In this document: one piece after another, positions 1 through 13,879 of the stretch
Layout: each line of letters starts with the position of its first letter
How positions within the stretch are numbered: position 1 is the stretch's first letter
Source: Squalus acanthias
Lineage: Eukaryota
DNA length: 64,000 bases
Assembly (NCBI GenBank): GCA_030390025.1
Contig: CM059432.1
Span: 74,774,001 to 74,838,000 of the forward strand
Reading direction: 5' to 3'
Notes under the pieces: generated by a model
Databases searched by the model: none
Told to the model about the DNA's origin: nothing
What the model saw: the letters and a program-made list of their open reading frames with translations, nothing else
Translations under genes and position numbers: made by a program

Positions 1-3000
1 CAGGACAGGGGATCAATACAAGGGATCAGGACAAGGGATCAGAATAAGGGATCAGGAGAAGGGATCAATACAAGGGATCAAGACAATGGATTCATAGAAG
101 GGATCAATACCAGTGATCAGTACAAGAGATCAATAGAAAGAATCAATACAAGGGATCAGTAGAAGGGATTAATAGAAGGAATCAATACAAGGGATCAATA
201 CAAGGGATCAGGACAGGGGATCAATACAAGGGATCAGAACAACGGATCAATCCATAGAACAGTACAAGGGATCAAAACAAGTTATCAATAAAAGGGATCA
301 GTTCAAGGGACTAATACAAGGGATCAGGACAGGGGATCAATACAAGGGATCAGGACAAGGGATCAGAATAAGGGATCAGGAGAAGGGATCAATACAAGGG
401 ATCAAGACAATGGATTCATAGAAGGGATCAATACCAGTGATCAGTACAAGAGATCAATAGAAAGAATCAATACAAGGGATCAGTAGAAGGGATTAATAGA
501 AGGAATCAATACAAGGGATCAATACAAGGGATCAGGACAGGGGATCAATACAAGGGATCAGAACAACGGATCAATCCATAGAACAGTACAAGGGATCAAA
601 ACAAGTTATCAATAAAATGGATCCGTTCAAGGGACTAATACAAGGGATCAGGACAGGGGATCAATACAAGGGATCAGGACAAGGGATCAGAATAAGGGAT
701 CAGGAGAAGGGATCAATACAAGGGATCAAGACAATGGATTAATAGAAGGGATCAATACCAGTGATCAGTACAAGAGATCAATAGAAAGAATCAATACAAG
801 GGATCAGTAGAAGGGAATAATAGAAGGAATCAATACAAGGAATCAATACAAGGGATCAGGACAGGGGATCAATACAAGGGATCAGGACAAGGGATCAATA
901 CATAGAACAGTACAAGGGATCAGTACAAGGGATCAATACAAGTGATCAATACAAGGGATCAATACATGGGATCAATTCAAGGGATCAATAAAAAGGGATC
1001 AAAACAAGTGATCAAGACAGAGGATTAATACAAGGGATTAATAGAAGGGATAAATAAAAGGGGTCAGTAGAAGGGATTAGTAGAAGGAATCAATACAAGG
1101 GATCAAGACAATGGATTAATAGAAGGGATCAATACAAAGGATCAATAGAAAGGATATATAAATTGGATCAGGACAGGGGATCAGGACAAGGGATCAGGTC
1201 AAGGGATCAAGACAAAGGATCAATACAAGGGATCAGTACAAGGGATCAAGAAGGGATCAATAAAAAGAACAATTACAAGGGATCAGGACAGGGGATAAGG
1301 ACAAGGGATCAATATAATGGATAAATAGAAGGGATCAATACAAGGGATCAGGACAGGGGATCAGGACAAGGGATCAGGTCAAGGGATCAAGACAAAGGAT
1401 CAATACAAGGGATCAGTACAAGGGATCAAGAAGGGATCAATAAAAAGAACAATTACAAGGGATCAGGACAGGGGATAAGGACAAGGGATCAATATAATGG
1501 ATTAATAGAAGGGATCAATACAAGGGACCAGGACAGGGGATCAGGACAAGAGATCAGGACAAGGGATCAATACAAGGGATCAATAGAAGGGATCAATAGA
1601 AGGGATCAATACAAGGGATCAATACAAGGGATCAATTGAAGGGATCAGTACAAGGGATCAATACAGGGGATCAATACAAGGGATTAATAGAAGGGATAAA
1701 TACAAGGGATCAATACAAGGGATCAATAGAAGGGATAAATACAAGTGATCAGGACAGAGGATCAGGACAAGGGTCAGGACAAGGGATCAATACAAGGGAT
1801 CAATAGAAGGGATAAATACAAGGGATCAGGAAAGGGGATCAGGACAAGGGATCAGGAGAAGGGATCAATACAAGGGATCAGTACAGGGGATCAATACAAG
1901 GGATTAATACAAGGGATCAGAACAAGGGATCAATACATGGAACAGTACAAGGGATCATTACAAGGAATTAATAGAAGGGATCATTATAAGGGATCAGTAC
2001 AAGAGATCATTAGAAGGGATCAATACAAGGGATCAGTACAAGGGATAAATACAAGGGATCAATACAAGGAATCGATAAAAATGGTTCAATACAAGTGATC
2101 AGTACAAGCGATCAATACAAGGGATCAATAGAACGGATAAATACAAGGGAGCAGGACAGGGGATCAGGACAAGGGTTCAGGACAAGGGATCAATACAAGG
2201 GATCAAGACAATGAATTAATAAAAGGATCAATACAAGGGATCAATACAAGGGATCAGTACAAGGGATCAATAGAAGGAATCAATGCAAGGGATTAATAGA
2301 ATGGATCAATACAAGGGATCAGTACAAGGAATGAATACAAGGGATCAGGACAGGGGATCAATACAAGGGATGAGAACAAGGGATCAATAAAAGTGATCAA
2401 TAGAATGGATAAACACAAGGGATCAGGACAGGTGATCAAAATAGGGGATCAGGAGTAGGGATCAACACAAGGGATCAAGACAATGGATTAATAGAAGGGA
2501 TCAGTACAAGAGATCAATAGCAAGAATCAATACAAGGGATCAGTACAAGGGATTAATAGAAGGAATCAATACAAGGAATCAATACAAGGGATCAGGACAG
2601 GGGATCAATACAAGGGATCAGAACAAGGGATCAATACATAGAACAGTACAACGGATCAGTACAAGGGATCAATACAAGTGATCAATACAATGGATCAATA
2701 CACGGGATCAATACAAGGGATCAATAAAAAGGGATCAAAACAAGTGATCAAGACAGAGGATTAATACAAGGGATTAATAGAAGGGATAAATAAAAGGGGT
2801 CAGTAGAAGGGATTAATAGAAGGAATCAATACAAGGGATCAAGACAATGGATTAATAGAAGGGATCAATACAAAGGATCAATAGAAAGGATATATACAAG
2901 GGATCAGGACAGGGGATCAGGACAAGGGATCAGGTCAAGGGATCAAGACAAAGGAGCAATACAAGGGATCAGTACAAGGGATCAAGAAGGGATCAATAAA

Positions 3001-5979
3001 AAGAACAATTACAAGGGATCAGGACCGGGGATAAGGACAAGGGATCAATATAATGGATTAATAGAAGGGATCAATACAAGGGACCAGAACAGGGGATCAG
3101 GACAAGAGATCAGGACAAGGGATCAATACAAGGGATCAATACAAGGGATCAATAGAAGGGATCAATACAAGGGATCAATACAAGGGATCAATTGAAGGGA
3201 TCAATATAAGGGATCAATACAAGGGATCAATACAAGGGATCAATACAATGGATTAATAGAAGGGATCAATATAAAGGATCAATAGAAGGGATAAATAGAA
3301 GGGATCAGAACAGGGGATTAGGACAAGGGATCAGGACAAGGGATCAATACAAGGGATCAGGACAAGGGATCAATACAAGGGATCAAGACAAGGGATCAAT
3401 ACAAGAGATCAATAAAAAGGGATCAATACAAGTGATCTGTACAAGGGATCAGTTCAAGAGATCAATACAAGGGATCAATAAAAAGGGATCAGTACAAGGG
3501 ATCAGTACAAGGGATCAGTTCAAGGGACTAATACAAGGGATCAATCTATGGGATCAATACAAGGGATCAGTACAAGGGGATCAACATAACGGGTCAATAG
3601 AAGGGATCAATACAAGGGATCAATACAAGGTATCATTAGAAGAGAACAATAAAAGGGATCAATATGAGTGATCAATTCAAGGGATCAGTACAAGGGATCA
3701 ATAGAAGGGATAAATACAAGGGATCAGGACAGGGGTTCAGGAGAAGGAATCAGGACAAGGGATCAATACAAGGGATAACTACAAGGGATCAATACAATGG
3801 ATCAATACAAGGGATCAATACAAGGGATTAATAGAAGGGATAACTACAAGGGATCAATACAAGGGGTCAGTAAAAGGGATCAGTACATGGGATCAATACA
3901 AGGGACCAATACAAGGGATTAATAGAAGGGATCATTAGAAGGGATCAGTACAAGAGATCAATACAAGGGATCAATACCAGGGATCAATACAAGGGATCAG
4001 TACAAGTGATCAATACAAGGGATCAATACAAGGGATCAATACACGGGATCAATACAAGAGATTAATAGAAGGGATAAATACAAGGGATCAGGACAGGGGA
4101 TCAGGATAAGGGACCAGGACACGGGATCAATACAAGGGATAAATACAATGGATTAATAGAATGGATCAATACAAGCGATCAGTACAAGGGATCAGTTCAA
4201 GGGATTAATAGAAGGAATCAATACAAGGGATCAATACAAGGGATCAGGACAGGGGATCAATACAAGGGATCAGAACAACGGATCAATCCATAGAACAGTA
4301 CAAGGGATCAAAACAAGTTATCAATACAAGGGATCAGTTCAAGGGACTAATACAAGGGATCAGGACAGGGGATCAATACAAGGGATCAGGACAAGGGATC
4401 AGAATAAGGGATCAGGAGAAGGGATCAATACAAGGGATCAAGACAATGGATTAATAGAAGGGATCAATACCAGTGATCAGTACAAGAGATCAATAGAAAG
4501 AATCAATACACGGGACCAATAGAAGGGATTAATAGAAGGAATCAATACAAGGGATCAATACAAGGGATCAGGACAGGGGATCAATACAAGGGATCAGAAC
4601 AACGGATCAATCCATCGAACAGTACAAGGGATCAAAACAAGTTATCAATACAAGGGATCAGTTCAAGGGACTAATACAAGGGATCAGGACAGGGGATCAA
4701 TACAAGGGATCAGGACAAGGGATCAGAATAAGGGATCAGGAGAAGGGATCAATACAAGGGATCAAGACAATGGATTAATAGAAGGGATCAATACCAGTGA
4801 TCAGTACAAGAGATCAATAGAAAGAATCAATACAAGGGATCAGTAGAAGGGATTAATAGAAGGAATCAATACAAGGGATCAATACAAGGGATCAGGACAG
4901 GGGATCAATACAAGGGATCAGAACAACGGATCAATCCATAGAACAGTACAAGGTATCAAAACAAGTTATCAATACAAGGGATCAGTTCAAGGGACTAATA
5001 CAAGGGATCAGGACAGGGGATCAATACAAGGGATCAGGACAAGGGATCAGAATAAGGGATCAGGAGAAGTGATCAATACAAGGGATCAAGACAATGGATT
5101 AATAGAAGGGATCAATACCAGTGATCAGTACAAGAGATCAATAGAAAGAATCAATACAAGGGATCAGTAGAAGGGATTAATAGAAGGAATCAATACAAGG
5201 AATCAATACAAGGGATCAGTACAGGGGATCAATACAAGGGATCAGAACAAGGGATCAATCCATAGAACAGTACAAGGGATCAGTACAAGGGATCAATACA
5301 AGTGATCAATACAAGGGATCAATACACGGGATCAATACAAGGGATCAATAACAAGGGATCAAAGCAAGTGATCAAGACAGAGGATTAATACAAGGGATTA
5401 ATAGAAGGGATAAATAAAAGGGGTCAGTAGAAGGGATTAATAGAAGGAATCAATACAAGGGATCAAGACAATGGATTAATAGAAGGGATCAATACAAAGG
5501 ATCAATAGAAAGGATATATACAAGGGATCAGGACAGGGGATCAGGACAAGGGATCAGGTCAAGGGATCAAGAAGGGATCAATAAAAAGAACAATTACAAG
5601 GGATCAGGACAGGGGATAAGGACAAGGGATCAATATAATGGATTAATAGAAGGGATCAATACAAGGGACCAGGACAGGGGATCAGGACAAGAGATCAGGA
5701 CAAGGGATCAATACAAGGGATCAATACAAGGGATCAATAGAAGAGATCAATACAAGGGATCAATACAAGGGATCAATTGAAGGGATAAATATAAGGGATC
5801 AATACAAGGGATCAATACAAGGGATCAATACAATGGATTAATAGAAGGGATCAATACAAAGGATCAATAGAAAGGATATATACAAGGGATCAGGACAGGG
5901 GATCAGGACAAGGGATCAGGTCAAGGGATCAAGACAAAGGATCAATACAAGGGATCAATAAAAAGGGATCAATACAAGT
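1..5979 (+). repeat. 13-bp satellite array (GGGATCAATACAA and variants), block 1
   Basis: Continuous head-to-tail ~13-bp monomers, with variants GGGATCAGGACAG, GGGATTAATAGAA and GGGATCAGTACAA. The + strand is purine-rich. Confidence 0.98.
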
Positions 5980-6725
5980 GAAAAGGGGAAGTGCAACAAG
6001 ACCTGGTTGTCCTTGTGCTCCAGTCGCTGAAGGTAAGCATTCACGTGCAGCAGGCGGTTAAGAAGGCAAATGGTATGTTGGCCTTCATAGCGAGAGGATT
6101 CGAGTACAGGAGCAAGGATGTCTTGCTGCAGTTGTACAGGGCCTTGGTGAGACCACACCTGGAGTATTGTGTGCAGTTTTGGTCGCCTTACCTGAGGAAG
6201 GATGTTCTTGCCATGGAGGGAGTGCAGCGAAGATTCACCAGACTGATATCTGGGATGGCAGGAATGACGTATGAAGAGAGATTGGATCAATTAGGCTTAT
6301 ATTCGCGAGAGTTTAGAAGAATGAGAGGGGATCTCATTGAAACTTATAAAATTCTAACAGGACTGGACAGACTAGATGCAGGAAGGATGTTCCCGATGGC
6401 GGGGGAGTCCAGAACCAGGGGTCACAGTCTAAGGATAAGGGGTAAGCCATTTAGGACGGAGATGAGGAGGAATTTCTTCACCCAGAGAGTGGTGAACCTG
6501 TGGAATTCTCTACCACAGAAGGCAGTTGAGGCCAATTCATTAAATATATTCAAGAAGGAGTTAGATATATTTCTTAAGGCTAAAGGGATCAAGGGATATG
6601 GGGAGAAAGCAGGGACAGGGTACTGAATTTGGATGATCAGCCATGATCTCATTAAATGGTGGAACAGGCTCGAGGGGCTGAATGGCCTACTCCTGCTCCT
6701 ATCTTCTATGCTTCTATGTTTCTAT
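5980..6725 (+). mobile_element. 5'-truncated CR1-clade LINE (ORF2 3' end, 3'UTR and (TTTCTATG)-like tail)
   Basis: Encodes CR1 ORF2 C-terminal motifs (LYRALVRPHLEYCVQFWSP, RRNFFTQRVVNLWNSLP). Ends in CTTCTATG CTTCTATG TTTCTAT. Closely similar to 38021-38767. Confidence 0.96.
5991..6626 (+). pseudogene. CR1 ORF2 C-terminal fragment (lacks endonuclease and RT core)
   Basis: 211-aa open frame that matches the end of the ORF2 in the long LINE. It has no native start. Confidence 0.9.
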
Positions 6726-9700
6726 CACTACAAGGGAATAGTTCAAGAGATCAATACAAAGGATCAATAAAAAGGGAATGATACAAGTGATCAGTACAAG
6801 GGATCAGTTCAAGGGACTAATACAAGGGATCAATACAAGGGATCAATACAAGGGATCAATGCAAGGGATTAATAGAAGGGATTAATAGAAGGGATCAATA
6901 CAAGGTATCAGTAGAAGGGGATCAGTACAAGGGATCAATACAAGGGATCAATAAATGTGATCAATTCAAGGGATCAATAGAAGGGATCCATACAACAGAT
7001 CAACAGAAGAGATCAATACAAGTTATCATTAGAAGAGAACAATAAAAGGGATCAATACGAGTGATCAATTCAAGGGATCAGTACAAGGGATCAATATAAT
7101 TGATCAATAGAATGGATAAACACAAGGGATCAGGCCAGAGGATAAGCACAATGGATCAGGACAACGGATCAAATCAAGGGATCAGTACAAGGGATCAATA
7201 CAAGTGATCACTACAAGGATCAATACAAGGGATCAATACAAAGGATCAATACAAGGGATCAATAAAAAGGGATCAATACAAGTGATCAGTACAAGGGATC
7301 AGTACAAGGGACAAATACAAGGGATCAATCTAAGGGATCAATCCAAGGGTTTAGTACAAGGGAATCAGTGCAAGGGATCAGTAAAAGGGATCAATACTAA
7401 CGATCAGGACAAGGGATCAATACAAGGGATCCATATAAGGGATCAGTACAAGGGATCAGTGCAATATATCAGAACAAGGGATCAATACAATTGACCAATA
7501 GAAGGGATCAATACAAGGGATCAACACGAGTGATCAATACAAGGGATCAGGACAGGGGATGAGCTAAATGGATCAGTACAGCGGATCAATAGAAAGGTTC
7601 AATACAAGGGTTCAGTACAAGGGATCAATACAAGATATCAGTACAAGAGATCAGGAAAGGGAATCAATACAAGGGATCAGAACAAGGGATCAATACAAGG
7701 GATTAATAGAAGGGATCAGTACAAGAGATCATTAGAAGGGATCAATACAAGGGATCAATACAAGGGATTAATAGAATGGATAAATACAAGGGATCAGAAC
7801 AGGGGATCAGGACAGGGGACCAGGATAAGGGATCAGGAGAAGCGATCAATACAAGTTATCAAGACAATGGATTAATAGAAGGAATCAGTACAGGGGATTA
7901 ATAGAAGGAATCAATACAAGGGATCAGTACAAGGGATCAGGACAGGGGATCAATACAAGGGATCAATACAAGGGATCAATACAAGGGATCAATACAAGGG
8001 ATCAATAAAAGGGATTCATAGAAGGGATAAATACAAGGGATCAGGACAGGGGATCAGGACAAGGGTCAGGACAAGGGATCAATACAAGGGATCAATACAA
8101 GGGATCAATACAAGGGATCAATAAAAAGGGGTCAATACAAGTGATCAGTACAAGGGATCAGTTCAAGATATCAATACAAGGGATCAGGACAGGGGTTGAG
8201 GACAATGAATCAGGACAGTGGATCAAGAGAAGTCTCAATACAAGGGTTCAGTACAAAGGATCAATACAAGGGATCAATAGAAGGGGTCAATAGAAGGGGT
8301 AAATACAATGGATTAATAGAAGGGATCAATATAAAGGTTCAATAGAAGGGATAAATACAAGGGATCAGGACAGGGGATCAGGACAAGGGATCAGGACAAG
8401 GGATCAATACAAGGGATCAGGAGAATGGATTAATAGAAGGGATCAATATAAAGGTTCAATAGAAGGGATAAATACAAGGGATCAGGACAGGGGATCAGGA
8501 CAAGGGATCAATACAAGGGATCAGGACAAGGGATCAATACAAGGGATCAAGGCAAGGGATCAATACAAGGGATCAATAAAAAGGGATCAATACAAGAGAT
8601 CAGTATAAGGGATCAGTTCAAGAGATCAATACAAGGGATCAATAAAAAGAGATCAATACAAGTGATCATTACAAGGGGATCAATATAATGGGTCAATAGA
8701 AGGGATCAATACAAAGGATCATTAGAAGACAACAATAAAAGGGATCAATACAAGTGATCAATTCAAGGGATCAGTACAAGGGATCAAGAAGGGAGCAATA
8801 GAAGTGATAATTACAAGGGATCAGTGCAGGGGATCAGGACAGGGGATAAGGACAAGGGATCAATACAATGGATTAATAGAAGGGATCAATACAAGCTATC
8901 AATAAAAGGGATAAATACAAGGGATCAGGACAGGGGATTGGGAGAAGGAATCAGGACAAGGAATCAATACAAGGGATCAGTACAAGGGATCAATACAAGG
9001 GATCAATACAAGGGATCAATACAACGGATTAATAGAAGGGATAACTACAAGGGATCAATACAAGGGGTCAGTAAAAGGAATCAGTACAAGGGATCATTAC
9101 AAGGGATTAATAGAAGGGATCATTACAAGGGACCAGTACAAGAGATCAATAGAAGGGATCAATACAAGGGATCAATATAAGGGATTAATACAAGGGATCA
9201 GTACAGGAGATCAGGACAAGGGATCAGGACAAGGGATCAATACAAGGGATCAATACAAGGAATCAATAAAAAGGGTTCAATACAAGTGATCAGTAGAAGG
9301 GATAAGTTCAAAGGACTAATACAAGGGATCAATCTAAGGGATCAATACAAAGGAGCAGTACAAGGGGATCAATATAAGGGATCAATACATGGGATCAATA
9401 CAAGGAATCATTAGAAGAGAACAATAAAAGGGATCAATACAAGTGATCAGTACAAGGGATCAAGAAGGGCTCAATAGAAGGGATAAATACAAGGGTTCAG
9501 GACAGGGGATAAGGACAAGGGATCAATACAATAGATTAATAGAAGGGATCAATACAAGGTATCAATACAGGGGATCAGTACAAGGGATCAGTACAAGGGA
9601 TCAATACAAGGGATCAATACAAGGGATTAATAGAAGGGATAAATACAAAGTATCAGGACAGGTGATCAGAATAAGGGATCAGGAGAAGGGATCAATACAA

Positions 9701-10463
9701 GGGATCAAGACAATGGATTAATAAAAGGATCAATACAAGGGATCAATACAAGAGATCAGTAGAAAGAATCAATACAAGGGATCAGTACAAGGGATTAATA
9801 GAATGAATCAATACATAGAACAGTACAAGGGATCAGTACAAGGGATCAGTTCAAGAGATCAATACAAGGGATCAATAAAAAGGGATCAATACAAGTGATC
9901 AGAACAAGGGATCAGTTCAAGGGACTAATACAAGGGATCAATCTAAGGGATCAATACAAGGGAGCAGTACAAGGGGATCAATATAACGAATCAATAGAAG
10001 GGATCAATACAAGATATCATTAGAGGAGAACAATAAAAGGGATCAATACAAGTGATCAATTCAAGGGATCAGTACCAGGGATCAAGAAGGGATCAATAGA
10101 AGGGATACATACAAGGGATCAGGACAGGGGATCAGGACAAGGGATCAGAACAAGGGATCAATACAAGGGATCAATACAAGGGAATAATAGAAGGGATCAA
10201 TAAAAGGGATCAGTACAAGGGATCAATACAAGGAATCAATACAAGGGATTAATAGAATGGATCAATACAAGGGGTCAGTACAGGGAATCAATACAAGGGA
10301 TCAGAACAAGGGATCAATAAAAGTGTTCAATATAATGGATAAATACAAGGGATCAGGACAGGTGATCAGAATAAGGGATCAGGAGTAGGGATCAATAAAA
10401 GGGATCAGTACAAGGGATCAGTACAAGGGATCAATACAAGGGATCAATACAAGGGATTATTAG
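6726..10463 (+). repeat. 13-bp satellite array, block 2
   Basis: Same monomer family as block 1. Confidence 0.98.
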
Positions 10464-10516
10464 TGTTGTGGAGAAATTATTTCACTCAATTCTGTATCAT
10501 AGGTACAAGCAAACAG

Positions 10517-10522
10517 TTTATT
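10517..10522 (-). terminator. Poly(A) signal AATAAA in the 3' LTR
   Basis: TTTATT on the + strand, about 90 bp downstream (minus sense) of the LTR TATA box. Confidence 0.7.
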
Positions 10523-10859
10523 AATGTTCAAAGATCTTTGGGAGAAGATGTCATAAACCCCTTGGCTTAGTGACTACGTCTTCTCGAAATTACAGCGGTA
10601 TGAGATTCCTTTTATACATTAATCATCCAATCACATAGCCTTAGCAACAGATTTCTAATTATAATATGTACGTTAGGTTCAAATGTTACTTCCCTACCGA
10701 AACTACAAGCATAGCGGTTTGCCTCAGATTTGTCCAACTCGGACTAGCCAGTCTAGCCAGTCATGCGGTGATTGTGTAATCGTTGTACTATTATTGCCTT
10801 GGTGGCCTCCTTGGTGGGCCTCAATGTTGACCACAGACATTACTCATCGCACTGTCAGC

Positions 10860-10948
10860 GAAACCATTTTCTATTTACGAATTTACTTCTTACGGCACAT
10901 TTTTAAGAAACCATTTTCTATTTACGAATTTACTTCTTACGGCACATT
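10860..10948. repeat. 47-bp-period direct repeat in LTR U3 (also at ~21361-21449)
   Basis: GAAACCATTTTCTATTTACGAATTTACTTCTTACGGCACATT occurs twice in each LTR. Confidence 0.9.
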
Positions 10949-10998
10949 CTTTAATTTTACATTTCTTATTAAAATCCTATAATAAATTTACTCCTACA

Positions 10999-11012
10999 AT
11001 TCCTCCTGTTGG
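10999..11012 (-). other. Polypurine-tract-like segment
   Basis: The minus strand reads CCAACAGGAGGAAT directly before the TG of the 3' LTR. It is short and imperfect. Confidence 0.65.
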
Positions 11013-11140
11013 TCCCTGATCAAATCTCCTTTGTGACAGGGAACCAGCATCATACGGATTTCTGGTAATGTAAGTAGATATGTTTACATTCCAGGAGCTC
11101 ACAGTCCATCAGTCAGACTGTGACATTCTTGTATAGGGAC

Positions 11141-11997
11141 TCATATCCATACATCTCTCTCTCTGGGTGTCACTTGATTAACCATCATGACACTTACAGC
11201 AGGCCGTGACTTTTGAGCGCAACAACATTTTAACAATAGGACCAGACCATACATCATTAATATTATAACAAAGAACAAAATCAATCCTTGTACTACTGAT
11301 GTCCCGAGTGATCCCAACCATCCAGTTGCCCAGCCCCAAAGGGTGGATGCCGGAGGTTGTTTTAATTTCTTTACTTCCTCCTGTATGTGTTCTGCCAAAT
11401 TAGTTATATTTTCTGAACTGTCAGGAATGTATGTGCAGCACTCTGTCCCAATCAATGCACACGTTCCCCTTTTTCTGCTAGGAGGTAATCAAGTGCCATT
11501 CGGTTCTGTAGCGTCACTGTCCTTATCGCTACCATCTCGGCGTTAATGTCTATTAGAGATTCTGCTGTATCATTCCCAACCTGTTCTAAAACCTCTGCCA
11601 ACAACCGTATCTCTTTAATAGCTCTCGCGACTCCGTATGGGGGTAGATAGATCGCGAAGTATCTTTCAGCCTCATTAATTTCTCGTTTATAAGATAGGCT
11701 GGGTGTTCCTTGAGTGATGTACAAAGGGTACGACATACCCCAATGAAGTAAGTGTTATTATAGGCTTCATACCTACTCCATATGTTATTCATTATCATGA
11801 TTTTACCCTTCCATGGCCCCCCACTGGTCATGTTTGGAGTTGTACCGAGATTCCACGTCCCATACGTGAAGGTTGCACCACCGTACCCACTCCTGGTCAC
11901 CTGTAATTCATATTTCTGCTCGCATTTACTCCAACCCAATGTTAAGCAAATCAGAATGATGCATGATGCCCAGACCAATCCCCTTACTCAAATTCAA
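11141..11997 (-). pseudogene. env: Retroviral envelope, gamma-type TM, frameshifted with a strongly shortened SU
   Basis: Signal-like VWASCIILICLTLG, a YKR cleavage-like site, ISD LQNRMALDYLLAEKG, C-ALIGTE-CC (CX6CC) and a TM helix LILFFVIILMMYGLVLLL. Split over ORFs 11586-11978, 11452-11736 and 11141-11455. Confidence 0.92.
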
Positions 11998-13879
11998 TTC
12001 ATTGTTCCGGTGTTCCAATTCTGCCCCGCCTGGGGTATCCTCTGTTTCTTCTATCTTTCCTGATGTTACCCCGCCTGGGGTCTCCTCTATATTGCTTTGG
12101 ATCTTCTCTTTCGGTGCTCAATTAATTTGTTGGTGCTGGTTAGTCATAGGCATGAGTACCCAATTGGCTTATGTATCTTACTACATAGGTTACATATATC
12201 AAATACACTATAAATTCAGTCTTACAATCATTTCAAGCGACATTACAGTTTAACATCTAATCAACAAATCATGGACTTAAAAGATTCTCCAGATCTCTCT
12301 TGAGTCATATCCATCTTGTGGATAATTCTTAATAAACATGATTTCTCCTTAGACCTCAATTATCCCAATCCAGATTCCATGTAACTCTCCACTTCAACTT
12401 CAATTTCAATCCCTCTAACAGGTACCAGTGTATTTAACTCTATTCTGATTGTTTCATTAATTAGATAGTTTCTCGATGGAGTATGTGTCAATGCTTTAAA
12501 GGTTATCTCGCTCTCCTGAACCACATCAACCACCTCATGTTTTGCTGTTGTAGCATGTCTGAGACCCGTTCTTCAGTGCAGATTCACCATACATTCCCGG
12601 ATGGCAACTGCCTCACATGTAACAAATCACATTTGCACACTCATATCGGTATCTCCATCATGCCACATGTGCCTTTCTCAGGCCTTCAGGTATCTTATCA
12701 AAAGATTGTCTGGAGGTCTTTGTTCATCTTCCTCTGCATGGTCCCGATGTCTTTGGTAGTGGCCAGGCTATCAAATTCAGCTTTCTTAAAAAGTTCATTA
12801 TAGGCAGGGACACAAATGTCTCCAAGAGAAAGCTATCAATTTACTATTCTTAGCTACTCTTTCCTGACTTTCACTAGAAAGTTTGGAAAATTCTCAATTG
12901 GTGGTGTAATTCTCCTGTTTCTATCTCACCCTCAATCACTTCCTTTCTCCATTTTACACATCCTATTAATTACCATTCATATCTCATTCATGAGCCCTGG
13001 AGGAACTTTACTGTCCAGTAAAATATTTAAGATTGAAAACATAGATCAAACATTGTCACTTGGTCCAAGTTATTAACACCTTTTATTTATCATTACTTTA
13101 GAGGATCTTTTATTTTCCCAAAAGTAACCCAATATATAGTGCCTGAGTTCATTTTGTCATTTCAAAATTATCCTGAAATCCAAACAGCAGTACTGTTGAA
13201 CTGACAGGTTTTGTCAATGTTCAATTTCATTTCTATAACTTAAACAGCCGTCAGTGGAAAGGGTTAACTCCTTTGCAGGGTTTTTTTTTAAGAAGGCGGA
13301 GCGAAACATTGTCAGACGCACGCAATTGCGTCATTTTACGTAAATTAAAAAAAAACTCTCCTGATCGGAAAAGACAGTTGCGTTTCCACACTTTAACTGA
13401 ACACGAACAGAACAGATAAAACAAAACAAACTAGTACATGCTTGTAGAAAACCATAAATTACATCATATTTCTTATTGTCCTTTCTTCAGATGCCTTTCC
13501 AAAATACTGTAAAAACATTGGGGTAGAAATTAGGTCGCGCCCCATTTGGGGCGCAAATATCGTCCGGACGCAAATATTAGCGCCTGGCGCTAATTATCGG
13601 CACTGACAGGAAACTTCACTTTTACCGCCCCGGGAGGTGAGTGGAGCGCTAAATTAGGCGCTGCACACCTCTCTTAAGGCGCAAAGGCCAAGGAGTGAGG
13701 CGCTAACTCAGCGCACGAGCGCAGCGCAGCTGCTGCCAGTTAGCGAGGGAACACAGACACAATGGCGCCGGACACTTCTTAAAGCGGGGGGGGGGGCCAC
13801 TTGCTCCCCAGCCACACCCTGCTCATTGCAGCCTTGAATCTCAGCCTGGAGAGACCTGTAATCCATTTTGCTGCCAAGC

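Larger units (their letters stand above)
10464..10998 (-). repeat. ERV 3' LTR (535 bp)
   Basis: On the minus strand it begins TGTAGGAGTAAATT and ends AATTTCTCCACAACA (TG...CA, imperfect inverted ends). It is a direct repeat of 20956-21484. Confidence 0.95.

Noticed and set aside
1..10463. CRISPR-like or other repeat-spacer array
   Set aside because: The monomers are contiguous with no unique spacers, there are no cas genes, and the context is vertebrate.
10683..10982. ORF inside the LTR (also 21175-21393)
   Set aside because: It is antisense to the provirus, has no motif and is truncated by a stop in the other LTR.
11141..11997. Co-opted syncytin-like env
   Set aside because: The env is frameshifted at least twice and most of SU is missing.
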